Below are positions 18,494 to 27,678 of a DNA stretch of 64,000 nucleotides, one piece after another. Below the pieces are notes generated by a model. The model did no database searches. It saw only the letters and a program-made list of their open reading frames with translations, and was not told where the DNA came from. Both the position numbers and the translations under genes were made by a program. Numbering within the stretch: position 1 is the first letter of the stretch; every line of letters begins with the position of its first letter. This DNA comes from an uncultured Acetobacteraceae bacterium (GTDB lineage Bacteria > Pseudomonadota > Alphaproteobacteria > Acetobacterales > Acetobacteraceae): NCBI GenBank assembly GCA_964242595.1, contig CAXTBC010000005.1:14126-78125 (forward strand), written 5' to 3'.

Positions 18494-19021
18494 TTACTCC
18501 ACGATCGTCCCCGAAAACGACTGGGTCGGGTTGAGGGTGAATCTGAACGCCGCGGTCTTGAAGTTGCCAGGATAGATCTTCGCGGGGATTTTAAGGCTCC
18601 TCACCACGCCCGAAACCGTCGTTTCCAGGTTGGCTACGAATCCGCGGTCCCCTGTCGCGTAGGACGCGATGCTGATGCCGGAGTTGCCGTTGTCGTTTTT
18701 GGCGATCGTCACGCTGTCGAAAAGCCCGTCCACCTTGATGTGGTCGACGTAGATCTGCCGGATGGGGGTCGGAAGGTCGTACCCGACACCACCGGAGTAG
18801 GTGATCGTGTGGGAGCCGGAGGTGTAGGTGTCCGCGGGATAGGAGGAATCCAGAACGATCGTCATCGGCACGATATGTCCCGGCCCCGGCATGCCATCGC
18901 CCTGGGAGACGTCCACCCTGCAGTAGAAGAAGTAAGTTACCGGCGTCACCTTCGCGGCAGCGCCCGAGATCGCGACCAACACGATGGCGATGGCGGCAAA
19001 CGTCCGTTGCAGCAGGACCAT
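18494..19021 (-). CDS. Hypothetical exported beta-rich protein
   Basis: 175-aa ORF with signal peptide (...AISGAAA/K), Ser/Thr/Gly/Tyr-rich; no recognised motif. Confidence 0.65.
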   Translation of the reverse strand: MVLLQRTFAAIAIVLVAISGAAAKVTPVTYFFYCRVDVSQGDGMPGPGHIVPMTIVLDSSYPADTYTSGSHTITYSGGVGYDLPTPIRQIYVDHIKVDGLFDSVTIAKNDNGNSGISIASYATGDRGFVANLETTVSGVVRSLKIPAKIYPGNFKTAAFRFTLNPTQSFSGTIVE

Positions 19022-19300
19022 CCGCTTACGCCTTGTTACGTTGTATCGTTAAACTACCTGGGCCGATTTCCAGGGAGAACGCACGTTTCAGCGAGCCGGA
19101 CGCTCCCGGTGCAGCCAGCGTCAACCACGGCGCCCGAGACTGGCTTGCGGGCCTGCCCTCGGCGTTCGCCGCCGGCCTGCACGCGGCAGCGCCTGCCGGT
19201 GAGGGAGCGCCCATCCGGCCGGCAGTCAGGCTTGACATGACCCCCCCAACCCCGCTCAAACGCCGCTCGCGTGCGTGGCCCGGGTTCGCCCGGCCGCCAC

Positions 19301-19377
19301 AGGGGTGTAGCTCAATTGGCTAGAGCGCCGGTCTCCAAAACCGGAGGCTGGGGGTTCGAGACCCTCCACCCCTGCCA
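19301..19377 (+). tRNA. tRNA-Trp (CCA)
   Basis: AGGGGTGTAGCTCAATTGGCTAGAGCGCCGGTCTCCAAAACCGGAGGCTGGGGGTTCGAGACCCTCCACCCCTGCCA; canonical position before secE. Confidence 0.97.
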
Positions 19378-19452
19378 CGCGTACAAGTCACATCGCGTAC
19401 TGTCTTGCCTCCGCCCGCCGCTTCTCTGTCCCGTCTCCAAAAGGAACCCACC

Positions 19453-19653
19453 TTGGCGTTTGCACCGGCGAAATTCCTGGCCGACGTTCGCGCCGAAGCG
19501 GCTCGCGTCACCTGGCCCAGCCGCAAGGAGACCCTGGTCACCACCGGGCTGGTGCTGGCGATGGCGGCCATCACGGCGTTGTTCTTCTTCAGCGTCGACC
19601 TGGCGGTGGGCTGGATCGTGAAGGCGTTGTTCACCGGCCCCGGCACCGTCTGA
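19453..19653 (+). CDS. secE: Preprotein translocase subunit SecE
   Basis: KFLADVRAEAARVTWPSRKET + TM helix; TTG start; between tRNA-Trp and nusG. Confidence 0.93.
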   Translation: MAFAPAKFLADVRAEAARVTWPSRKETLVTTGLVLAMAAITALFFFSVDLAVGWIVKALFTGPGTV

Positions 19654-19671
19654 AGGTAGAAGAGCTCAACC

Positions 19672-20202
19672 ATGGCCAAGCGTTGGTATGTCGTCCACGT
19701 CTATTCCGGCTTCGAGAAGAAGATCGCCTCGGCCATCAAGGAGCAGGCCGAGCAGAAGGGCCTGGCCGACCACATCGACGAGGTGCTGGTGCCCTCCGAG
19801 GAGGTGGTCGAGGTGCGCCGCGGCCAGAAGATCAACGCCGAGCGCAAGTTCTTTCCCGGCTACGTGCTGGTGAAGATGGAACTCACCGACGACGCCTGGC
19901 ACCTCATCAAAAACACCCCGAAGGTCACCGGCTTCCTGGGCACCAAGCTGCGCCCCAGCCCGATCAGCGAGGCCGAGGCCGACCGGATCATGAAGCAGGC
20001 GCAGGATGGCGTGGACCATCCCCGCCGCAGCGTCATCTTCGAGATCGGCGAGCAGGTGCGCGTGGCCGACGGCCCGTTCACCAGCTTCAACGGCACGGTG
20101 GAGGAGATCGACGAGGAGAAGGGACGGCTCAAGGTGTCGGTCTCGATCTTCGGGCGGTCCACGCCTGTGGAGCTCGAGTACGGGCAGGTCGAGAAGGTTT
20201 AA
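19672..20202 (+). CDS. nusG: Transcription termination/antitermination factor NusG
   Basis: [26 protein letters not shown] motif [29 protein letters not shown]. Confidence 0.98.
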   Translation: MAKRWYVVHVYSGFEKKIASAIKEQAEQKGLADHIDEVLVPSEEVVEVRRGQKINAERKFFPGYVLVKMELTDDAWHLIKNTPKVTGFLGTKLRPSPISEAEADRIMKQAQDGVDHPRRSVIFEIGEQVRVADGPFTSFNGTVEEIDEEKGRLKVSVSIFGRSTPVELEYGQVEKV

Positions 20203-20327
20203 GGCAAGCAGTCCTTTTTGGAAAAAAAGGACCAAAAAACTTTTGCTCCCTGTCGGGTGGTTCAGGGCAAGCACGCGACAGCGGAGTCAAAGTTTTTTGG
20301 TTCGTTTTTCAAAAAAGAACTGCTTTC
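20203..20327. repeat. Family A repeat, full, filling the gap between convergent nusG and the amidotransferase gene
   Basis: GGCAAGCAGTCCTTTTTGGAAAAAAAGGACCAAAAAACTTTTGCTCCCTGTCGGGTG ... CGACAGCGGAGTCAAAGTTTTTTGGTTCGTTTTTCAAAAAAGAACTGCTTTC. Confidence 0.92.
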
Positions 20328-22085
20328 TTATCCTAGCGCATCCAGCACCCCGCCTTCGGCCGCCAACCCCTCCACATGCGCCCGGTGCCAAAGCGCGTAG
20401 AACAGCAGCACCCAGGCCGCCATCCCCTCCCGCTTGCCGTCGGCGGCGCGGAACAGCGCCTCCACCCGCGCCGGCTCGGCTATTTCGGCCACGCCGGCCT
20501 GGCGCGCCACCAGGCGGCCCAGCCTGGCGCCATCCTGCGCGATCCAGGCACCCACCGGCACGGTGAAGCCCTGCTTGGGCGCGAACGGCCGCGCCGCCGG
20601 CAGCGCACCCTCCAGCCAGCGCCGCAGCAGGTATTTGCCCTGGCCGCGCCGCACCTTCAGCGCGTCCGGCAGCCGGAAGGCGGCTGCGGCCACGCCGGGA
20701 TCCAGCAGCGGCGTGCGGCCCTCCACGGCGTGCGCCATCAGGCAGCGGTCCAGCTTGCCCAGCAGGTCGTGCGGCAGCCAGTCTGCCGTATCGGTCGCCT
20801 GCGCGGCCTGCAGCCGGGTGCGCCCACCGGCGCCGGCGACCGCCTCGGCCGCCGCCAGCCCGTCCCGCCACCCGGCGGGCCTGGCGCGCAGCACGTTCAG
20901 GCCGTCGAAGGTGCCGCGTCCGCGCATCACCCGACCGCCCTGCCATAGTGGTCGCATGGCGCTGCGATAGCGGCCGTAGCCGCCGAACACCTCGTCGCCG
21001 CCCTCGCCGGACAGCACCACCTTCACCTGCTGGCGGGCGTGGCGGGCCAGGAACCACGTTGGGATGATCGCGTAGTCCGCCGCCGGGTCGTCCATCGCCG
21101 CCACGATCTCCGGCAAGTGGCGCCAGGCCATCTCGCGCGTGACGTCGATCGTCGCGTGCACCGCGCCCACCGCCTTGGCCAGAGCGGCGGCCTGCGCCCG
21201 TTCGTCGGCCGCCTCGGCCACGTCGAACCCGGCGGTGAAGGCCAGTACCGGCCGCGTGGCCAGGCGCGCCATGGTGGCCAGGATGGCGGCGCTGTCGATG
21301 CCGCCGGACAGGAACAGGCCGTAGGGCACGTCGCTGCGCTGGTGCAGGTCCACGCTCTGCATCAGCGCGTGGTCAAGCCGGTCCAGCGCCGCGGCCTCGG
21401 CGATCTCCTCGGGCGGGCCGTCCGGCAGCGCGGCCACCCGGCTGCGCGCCACCAGGTGGCCGTCAGCGATGCGCAGCGTCTCGCCAGGCAGCACGCGGAA
21501 GATGCCGGGGAAGATCGTCTCCGCCCCGGTGGTGAACTGCATCTGCAGCAGCTCGCCGCGTGCTCCGGGCCGCACCGCGCGCGTGCCCAGTCCTGCGCCC
21601 AGCAGCGCCTGCGGTTCGGAGGCGAACGCGATCCCGCCCGCCACCTGCGTCCAGTATAGCGGCTTGATGCCGAACGGGTCGCGCGTCAGCGTCAGGGTGC
21701 GGCCGGCGCGGTCGTAGATGGCGATGGCGAACATGCCGCGCAGGTGCCGCGCGTAGCCGTCAGGAGCGGCGGCGTAGAGGTGCAACGGCGGTTCGCAGTC
21801 GCTGGCGGTGGCGAACGCAATGCCCGGCATCTCCGCCCACAGCTCGCGGTAGTTGTACACCTCGCCGTTGGCCACCAAGCTGGCGGGGCCCGCCTGCAGC
21901 GGCTGGGCGCCGCCTGGCAGGTCGATGATGGCGAGCCGCGCATGCACCAGCGCGGCCTGGCCCAGCACCACATGGCCGGCGCCGTCCGGTCCGCGATGCG
22001 CGATGCCGCCGGCCAGCGCCGCCAGCACGGCCGGGTCGGGCGGCGGCGCATCCTGGGCGAGGGCGATGCCGGCGATGCCGCACAT
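20328..22085 (-). CDS. asnB: Asparagine synthase (glutamine-hydrolysing)-family amidotransferase, probably glycan-modifying
   Basis: N-terminal MCGIAG (Cys2), HRGPDG, RDPFGIKPLY, LSGGIDS, LSGEGGDE, DRCLMAHAVEGRTPLLD. Confidence 0.92.
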   Translation of the reverse strand: MCGIAGIALAQDAPPPDPAVLAALAGGIAHRGPDGAGHVVLGQAALVHARLAIIDLPGGAQPLQAGPASLVANGEVYNYRELWAEMPGIAFATASDCEPPLHLYAAAPDGYARHLRGMFAIAIYDRAGRTLTLTRDPFGIKPLYWTQVAGGIAFASEPQALLGAGLGTRAVRPGARGELLQMQFTTGAETIFPGIFRVLPGETLRIADGHLVARSRVAALPDGPPEEIAEAAALDRLDHALMQSVDLHQRSDVPYGLFLSGGIDSAAILATMARLATRPVLAFTAGFDVAEAADERAQAAALAKAVGAVHATIDVTREMAWRHLPEIVAAMDDPAADYAIIPTWFLARHARQQVKVVLSGEGGDEVFGGYGRYRSAMRPLWQGGRVMRGRGTFDGLNVLRARPAGWRDGLAAAEAVAGAGGRTRLQAAQATDTADWLPHDLLGKLDRCLMAHAVEGRTPLLDPGVAAAAFRLPDALKVRRGQGKYLLRRWLEGALPAARPFAPKQGFTVPVGAWIAQDGARLGRLVARQAGVAEIAEPARVEALFRAADGKREGMAAWVLLFYALWHRAHVEGLAAEGGVLDALG

Positions 22086-23104
22086 CAGGCGCGCTCCACG
22101 GTGGCGAGGAAGTGCCGCCAGCGCGCCAGCACAGGCGCCTCGGCGTGCACCGCCTCGAAGCGCGCGCGGGCAGCCTCCACCATCGCCTCGGCCTGGCTGC
22201 GCCGCTGCAGTACGCCCTCGATGCCGGCGGCGAGCGCGATGGCGCTCTCGCCGGCCACCAGCACGCCGGTGCGCCCGCTCTCGATCAGCTCGCGCGGGCC
22301 CTCGGCCATGGCGGCCACCACCGGGCGGCCGGCGGAAAAAGCCTCCAGCACCACGTTGCCCAGCGGCTCGCTGCGGCTGGGGCAGGCCAGCAGGGTGCTC
22401 GCCGCCAGCAGGGCCGCCGTGTCCGTCCGCCAGCCCAGGAAGTGCACGCGCGCGGCAACCCCGGCATGGGCGGCCAGGCGCTGCAGCCCCACGCGCTCCG
22501 GCCCCTCTCCGGCGATCACCGCGTGCACCCCGTCCAGGCGGCTGATGGCGGCGATCAGGATGTCAAAGCCCTTGTTGCGGTGCAGCCGCCCCATGGCCAG
22601 CACCACCGGCGCGCCTGGCGGGCAGGGCAGGGCAGCCGGCGCCGCGCCGGCCAGGTCCGGCGCGAAGTTCGGCAGGTAGTGCACCCGGTCGGACGCGACG
22701 CCCTGGCTGCGGATCCAGCCCACCATGCCCTCCGTATTGCCCACCAGGTGGTCGCAGCGGGCGAACTGCAGCAGGTCGTAGTAGCCGCCGAGTCGCCCCA
22801 CCAGCACCCAGGGGCCGGCCGGGGTGTGGCGAGCGGCGCGGCCCATCCAGGCCACCGCCACCCTGGGCGCGAAGCGCCGCAGGCGCCGGCCCAGCAGCGG
22901 CCTGGTCCACAGGTCGGCCCGGCCGCCCATGCCCATCTGCACCGGCGCCAGCCCGGCGGCGCGCAGGCGCGCGGCACGTGGCGCGTCGTGGCGGATCACC
23001 GGGAGCACGGTCTCGCCCTTCGCGGCCAGGGCTGTGCATAGCCGCTCGTAGAACAGCTCGGCGCCGCCTGACGGGGCACCGGCCATGATCTGCGCGACCT
23101 TCAC
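22085..23104 (-). CDS. Glycosyltransferase family 4
   Basis: VKVAQIMAG..GGAE, GRLHRNKGFD, SRSEPLGNVVLEAF; GTG start 23104. Confidence 0.9.
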   Translation of the reverse strand: MKVAQIMAGAPSGGAELFYERLCTALAAKGETVLPVIRHDAPRAARLRAAGLAPVQMGMGGRADLWTRPLLGRRLRRFAPRVAVAWMGRAARHTPAGPWVLVGRLGGYYDLLQFARCDHLVGNTEGMVGWIRSQGVASDRVHYLPNFAPDLAGAAPAALPCPPGAPVVLAMGRLHRNKGFDILIAAISRLDGVHAVIAGEGPERVGLQRLAAHAGVAARVHFLGWRTDTAALLAASTLLACPSRSEPLGNVVLEAFSAGRPVVAAMAEGPRELIESGRTGVLVAGESAIALAAGIEGVLQRRSQAEAMVEAARARFEAVHAEAPVLARWRHFLATVERA

Positions 23105-23116
23105 GTTGGACAGCCA

Positions 23117-23270
23117 AAGGCAAGGCAAGCGGTTCTTTTTTGAAAAAAAGAACCAAAAAACTTTTGTCTGTTTTGGGCGCGCGTCGGTGAGACGTGGTGT
23201 TTCAGCCGTCCGCGACAGCGCTCACAAAAGCTTTTTGCTTCTTTTTCTCGAAAAAGAAGGCCTTGCTTTC
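23117..23270. repeat. Family A repeat, full, inside the GT9-GT4 operon
   Basis: GCAAGCGGTTCTTTTTTGAAAAAAAGAACCAAAAAACTTTT ... AAAAGCTTTTTGCTTCTTTTTCTCGAAAAAGAAGGCCTTGCTTTC. Confidence 0.92.
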
Positions 23271-24233
23271 TCATGCGTGCAACGCCGCCGGCAGCCGGCC
23301 GTCGCGCACCAGCAGGTCGAACGCCGCCCACAGCGCCGCTTCTACCGGCAGGCGGTCCATCGCCGCGCGCCCGGGCTGCCCGTCCGCCAGCACCACAGCC
23401 GTGCAGCGGCCGGCAGGCGCGTATTCGCTGGCGGGGGTGGGTCCGAACAGCCCCAAAGTCGGCGTCCCGGCCGAGGCGGCCAGGTGCATCAGCCCCGAAT
23501 CGTTGCCAACGAACAGCACGCAGCGCGCCAGGCACGCCGCCGCCTGCGGCAGCGTCAGCAGGCCCACCAGGTCCAGCGAGCCGGACAGCTCGGCTACCAC
23601 CCGGGCGGCGGCCGCGCGTTCGGCCACGCCGGGACCGCCGAACACAGCAAAGCGCGCGCCGGGCAGCCGCAGCGCCAGCCCTGCCGCCAGGGCCACGAAG
23701 CGCTCGGCCGGCCACATCTTCGCCGGCCAGTTGGCGGTGGGGCCCAGCCCGATCACCGGCCCGCCGGCCGGCAGCAGCATGTCGGCGCGCGCGCGGTCGG
23801 CCGGCGCCGTCCAGGCGACCGGCAGCGGCGCCTCGTCCAGCCCCAGCGCGCCGGCGATGTGCCCCAGCCGGTGGCCGGCACGCCGCCCGCCACGCATGAT
23901 CGCCCGCCGCCGCGCCAGCAGCGTCAGACTCAGCGCCGAGCCGCGCAGATCAACCACCAGGTCCCAGCGGCGCCGCGCCACCTGCCACCACAGCGCCGCC
24001 CAGTGCAGGTCGGCCGGGCGCTTCTCCACCACAATCACTCGGTCCAGCGCGGGGAAGCGCGCGAACAGCCCGGCGGCCACCGGTCCGCAGGCGATGGTGA
24101 AGCGCGCGTCCGGGTAGGTGCGGGCCAGATGGTCCAGCACGCCGGTGGAGAGCACGGCATCGCCCAGCCGCGTGGCGGTGACGAACAGGATGCGCCGCGG
24201 CGGCGGTCCGGCCGGAGGCAGCTTTCCGCTCAG
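23271..24233 (-). CDS. Glycosyltransferase family 9 (heptosyltransferase-like); start uncertain, possibly CTG at 24233
   Basis: RILFVTATRLGDAVLS N-terminal motif lies upstream of the first canonical start (GTG 24155); KMWPAERF, FVGNDSGLMHLAA. Confidence 0.85.
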   Translation of the reverse strand: MSGKLPPAGPPPRRILFVTATRLGDAVLSTGVLDHLARTYPDARFTIACGPVAAGLFARFPALDRVIVVEKRPADLHWAALWWQVARRRWDLVVDLRGSALSLTLLARRRAIMRGGRRAGHRLGHIAGALGLDEAPLPVAWTAPADRARADMLLPAGGPVIGLGPTANWPAKMWPAERFVALAAGLALRLPGARFAVFGGPGVAERAAAARVVAELSGSLDLVGLLTLPQAAACLARCVLFVGNDSGLMHLAASAGTPTLGLFGPTPASEYAPAGRCTAVVLADGQPGRAAMDRLPVEAALWAAFDLLVRDGRLPAALHA

Positions 24234-25204
24234 GTGAAGCGCGCCAGGCGGACGGCGGTGTGGCCGCGGCTGGGGCGCAGGCTGGGCATCACCAGCAGGC
24301 AGTCGTCATGCGGGGTGCGCACTTCGCTCGGCCCGTCCAGCGCGATCAGCGTGTTGCGGCGCGCCACCACGTCGCCGCCACGGAACGGCTGCACGAAGCT
24401 GAAACCGCCGGAGCACGCGGTTACCGTCTGGGTCACCTCGGCGAAGCGTGGACGGCGCGCCGTGAGGGCTGACGGCGCGGGCAGGGGAGCCGTCAGCCCG
24501 GTTGCCGCCAGCACGCCGGCGACCGCCGCCTGCATGGCGCCGACCGTGTCCTGCTGCCAGTGCTGCCCGGCTTCCACCAGCACCGCCACCGGCTGCCCGC
24601 CAGGGTCGACGAACCGCGCGTAGTCGATCAGCCGCCGCCCGCCTACGTGGCCGGCATCGGCCACCACGATCTCCGGCGTGCCGATCCTGGCTGCCAGCTC
24701 GCGGCCGCGGGCGGCGGGCCCGCTCAGGATCAGCGGCTCGGAGGGCCACAGCATCGAGTGCAGGTCCAGCAGCACGTCCGCCGCATCCACCAGCGGGCGG
24801 ATGGCGCGCGCGCGCGCCAGTTCGACGGAGCGGCGCGGCCCGTCCAGCACGGCGTCGTCCCACAGCCGGTTCATGTCCTCGTCGACGTAGCGCGAGGCGG
24901 TGGGCTGCGCCGGGTCGAACCGGTCGTAGGCGGCCAGGTTGGCGAAGCCCAGGGTCAGCCGGCCGCACAGCAACGCGGGAGGCGTCGTCAGCAGCCGGTC
25001 CAGCGCCACGGCGCCGGCGATCTCGTTGCCGTGGATCAGCGCGGTGAGCAGCACATGCGGGCCGGGTCCAGGCCCGTCGAACCGCCAGAAGCCCTCGACG
25101 CCAGTGTCGCCGCCGCGCCAGCGCTCCAGGGATGGCGGCGCGAAGCCGATGTCGAACGCCGGCAGCCGGTCCGTCTGCGGGGTGGTGGCCAAGTCCGCTG
25201 TCAC
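24230..25204 (-). CDS. Succinylglutamate desuccinylase/aspartoacylase (M14) family protein
   Basis: ALIHGNE zinc motif, DEDMNRLW, LLDLHS, VEAGQH; GTG start 25204. Confidence 0.85.
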   Translation of the reverse strand: MTADLATTPQTDRLPAFDIGFAPPSLERWRGGDTGVEGFWRFDGPGPGPHVLLTALIHGNEIAGAVALDRLLTTPPALLCGRLTLGFANLAAYDRFDPAQPTASRYVDEDMNRLWDDAVLDGPRRSVELARARAIRPLVDAADVLLDLHSMLWPSEPLILSGPAARGRELAARIGTPEIVVADAGHVGGRRLIDYARFVDPGGQPVAVLVEAGQHWQQDTVGAMQAAVAGVLAATGLTAPLPAPSALTARRPRFAEVTQTVTACSGGFSFVQPFRGGDVVARRNTLIALDGPSEVRTPHDDCLLVMPSLRPSRGHTAVRLARFT

Positions 25205-25313
25205 CCCACCCCCTGTCCCGCCAGTGCCGCGCCAGTCTATACCCGGCGCGCCAGCCCGCAACCGAGGCCGCCGGCAGCGCGTCGCAGGCGGCATTTTGAC
25301 AGCCACGGACCCC

Positions 25314-26531
25314 ATGCCGCTCCACCCGCTGCACAGAGCCTGGCAGACGCTGCCGCAGGGTGCCCGGCGGCGGGCGCTCGCGCGGGCCTCCGCCTGGCTG
25401 GCGCCGCGGCCGGACTGGCCGGCCCCGGCCGCGCGCGGCGGCTTGGCGGTAGCCGGCGAGGTCGGCCGTGCCTCCGGCCTGGGCGAGGGCGCCCGGCTGA
25501 TGCTGGCGGCCCTGGACCAACTCGGCGTGCCCAACTGGTCCATCGCCTGCGGCCTGCTGCCCGAGGAGGGCGCGACGGCCCCCATCGCCGGGCCGCCGCC
25601 GCCCGGCGCGCCGCTGGTGCTGCACGTGAACGCGCCGGTGCTGCCGGCCACCCTGCTGCGCCTGCCGCGCGGCCTGCTGCGCGGCAGGCGGGTAATCGGT
25701 TACTGGGCGTGGGAGCTGGCAGTAGTGCCGCCATCCTGGCGACACGCCGCGGCTTTCGTCCACGAGGTGTGGGTGCCGTCGCGCTTCACCGCCGCTTCCC
25801 TCGAGCCGCTCGCACCGGGGCGCGTGCGCGTGGTGCCGCACCCGGTGGCCGCGAGCCCGCCCGCACCTTCGTCCCTGGGCCGCGCCGATTTCGGGCTACC
25901 CGAGGGCGCCGTGATGGTGCTGGTCTCGTTTAGCCTGGCCTCCAGCTACGCGCGCAAGAACCCGGAGGCCGCCGTGGCCGCGTTCCGCCGCGCGTTCGGC
26001 GCCCGGACGGATCGGCTGCTGGTGCTCAAGGTGGCGCATGCCGGCCACGCGCCGGCGGACCTGGCCAGGCTGGCCGCGCTGGTGGACGGGGCCGCCAACA
26101 TCCGGCTGGAGACCCGCCTGCTGCCCGGCCCGGACAACCACGCCTTCACACGCAGCGCCGACATCGTGCTCAGCCTGCACCGCAGCGAGGGCTTCGGCCT
26201 GGTGCCCGCCGAGGCGATGCTGCTGGGCGTCCCCGTGGTGGCCACCGACTACTCCGGCACCACCGACTTCCTCGATGCCGAAAGCGGCATCCCGGTAGCT
26301 TACACGCTGGTGCCGGCGCGCGACCCGCGCGGCGTGTTCGAGGCGCCGGGCGCACTGTGGGCGGAAGCCGACGTGGACGCCGCGGCCGCCGCCCTGGTCC
26401 GCCTGGCGGACGACCCGGCCCTGCGCGCGCGCCTGGGCGCGGCGGGGCAGGACGCGGCACGGCGCCGGCTGGGCAGCGAGGCGCTGGCCCGGGCGGTGCG
26501 CGTGCTCGGCCTCGCTGTGGGCGGCGTGTGA
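25314..26531 (+). CDS. Glycosyltransferase family 4
   Basis: IGYWAWEL, RKNPEA, SLHRSEGFGLVPAEAMLLGVPVVATDYSG. Confidence 0.9.
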   Translation: MPLHPLHRAWQTLPQGARRRALARASAWLAPRPDWPAPAARGGLAVAGEVGRASGLGEGARLMLAALDQLGVPNWSIACGLLPEEGATAPIAGPPPPGAPLVLHVNAPVLPATLLRLPRGLLRGRRVIGYWAWELAVVPPSWRHAAAFVHEVWVPSRFTAASLEPLAPGRVRVVPHPVAASPPAPSSLGRADFGLPEGAVMVLVSFSLASSYARKNPEAAVAAFRRAFGARTDRLLVLKVAHAGHAPADLARLAALVDGAANIRLETRLLPGPDNHAFTRSADIVLSLHRSEGFGLVPAEAMLLGVPVVATDYSGTTDFLDAESGIPVAYTLVPARDPRGVFEAPGALWAEADVDAAAAALVRLADDPALRARLGAAGQDAARRRLGSEALARAVRVLGLAVGGV

Positions 26532-27598
26532 GGATACTGGTCTGGCAATGGGGCCGCTTCGGCGCCGGCCCGCGGGTGGCCACCGACTTCGCTGCCCTGT
26601 TCAACACGCTGCCTGGCACCGACGCCGCTCTGTCGCTGGCCGCGCGTGCGGAGATCCTGACCGGCCCGCACCGGCCGCGCTGCGAGCTGCCGGTGCCCAC
26701 CTACGCCAGCGTCGCCGGCTATGCCGGCCGCGTGCTGCAGGCGCCGTTCTTCGTGCCCTGGCTGGTCCGCCGCATCCGCGCCCTGCAGCCGGACGTGGCG
26801 CTGTGCGCCATGCCTGGACCGCTGGACCTGGCCATGCACGCCGCCCTGCGCCGGATGCGGGTGCCCTACGCGGTGGTGGTGCACGATGCCGACCTGCACC
26901 CTGGCGACGGCTACCCGCTGCAGATGGTCCTGCAGCGCCAGCTGCTGCGGCGCGCGGACGCACTGGTGGTGCTGTCCGACCACGTGGGAGACCGGCTGCG
27001 CGCGCTGGGGCTGACGCAGGGCCGGCCTGTGCTCAAGACCGGCCTGCCGCCGCACACGCTGGCCGAGCCGCCGCCGCCGCCGCGCGCCCATGGCGGCAAG
27101 CTGCGCCTGCTCTGCTTCGGCCGGCTGCTGCCCTACAAGGGGTTGGACCTGCTGGCCGATGCGCTGGCCATGGTGCTGCCGCGCCCCGACCTCGAGGTGC
27201 GCGTCGTGGGCACCGGGCCCGAAAGTGCCGCGCTGGCGTCTTTGCGTGGCCTGCCGGGCGTCAGCGTGGAGAACCGCTGGGTGCCGGAGGACGAGGTGGG
27301 CACGCTGATTGCCTGGTCTGACGCGATGGTACTGACCCATCGCGAGGCCAGCCAGAGCGGCGTGGCGGCCGCATCCGCGGCGGCCGGCCGCTGGACCGTC
27401 GCCACCAAGGTGGGCGGGCTGACCGAACAGTTGGCCGGCCACTCCGGGGCCCTGCTCTGCGACGTGGACGCACGCGCGGTGGCCGCCGCCTTTCTCAGGC
27501 TGCTCGACGACCCGCCGCCCTGCGGACCGGCGGTGGGCGACTGGCGGGCAGATGCCGGGCGGTTGGCCGCGGCCTTGCAGGGCGTGGTGAAGCGGTAA
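26528..27598 (+). CDS. Glycosyltransferase family 4
   Basis: GTGA overlap; FGRLLPYKGLDLL, HREASQSGV, ATKVGGLTEQ. Confidence 0.88.
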   Translation: MRILVWQWGRFGAGPRVATDFAALFNTLPGTDAALSLAARAEILTGPHRPRCELPVPTYASVAGYAGRVLQAPFFVPWLVRRIRALQPDVALCAMPGPLDLAMHAALRRMRVPYAVVVHDADLHPGDGYPLQMVLQRQLLRRADALVVLSDHVGDRLRALGLTQGRPVLKTGLPPHTLAEPPPPPRAHGGKLRLLCFGRLLPYKGLDLLADALAMVLPRPDLEVRVVGTGPESAALASLRGLPGVSVENRWVPEDEVGTLIAWSDAMVLTHREASQSGVAAASAAAGRWTVATKVGGLTEQLAGHSGALLCDVDARAVAAAFLRLLDDPPPCGPAVGDWRADAGRLAAALQGVVKR

Positions 27599-27658
27599 AG
27601 CAAGGAAAGCAGTTCTTTTCGGGGAAAGAACCAAAAAGCTTTTGCTCCCTGTCGGGTG
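27599..27658. repeat. Family A repeat, half copy
   Basis: GGAAAGCAGTTCTTTTCGGGGAAAGAACCAAAAAGCTTTTGCTCCCTGTCGGGTG. Confidence 0.88.
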
Positions 27659-27678
27659 ATGCCGGAGAGGGCCGCGCT

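Noticed and set aside
18093-19377. Prophage or integrative element at tRNA-Gly or tRNA-Trp
   Set aside because: No integrase, and no duplicated tRNA 3' end was noticed in the window; the interval is only about 1.1 kb and lies at the 5' sides of both tRNAs.
20328-22085. Lasso-peptide cyclase (AsnB homolog)
   Set aside because: It retains the N-terminal Cys glutaminase domain, no precursor peptide or B protein is adjacent, and its neighbours are glycosyltransferases.
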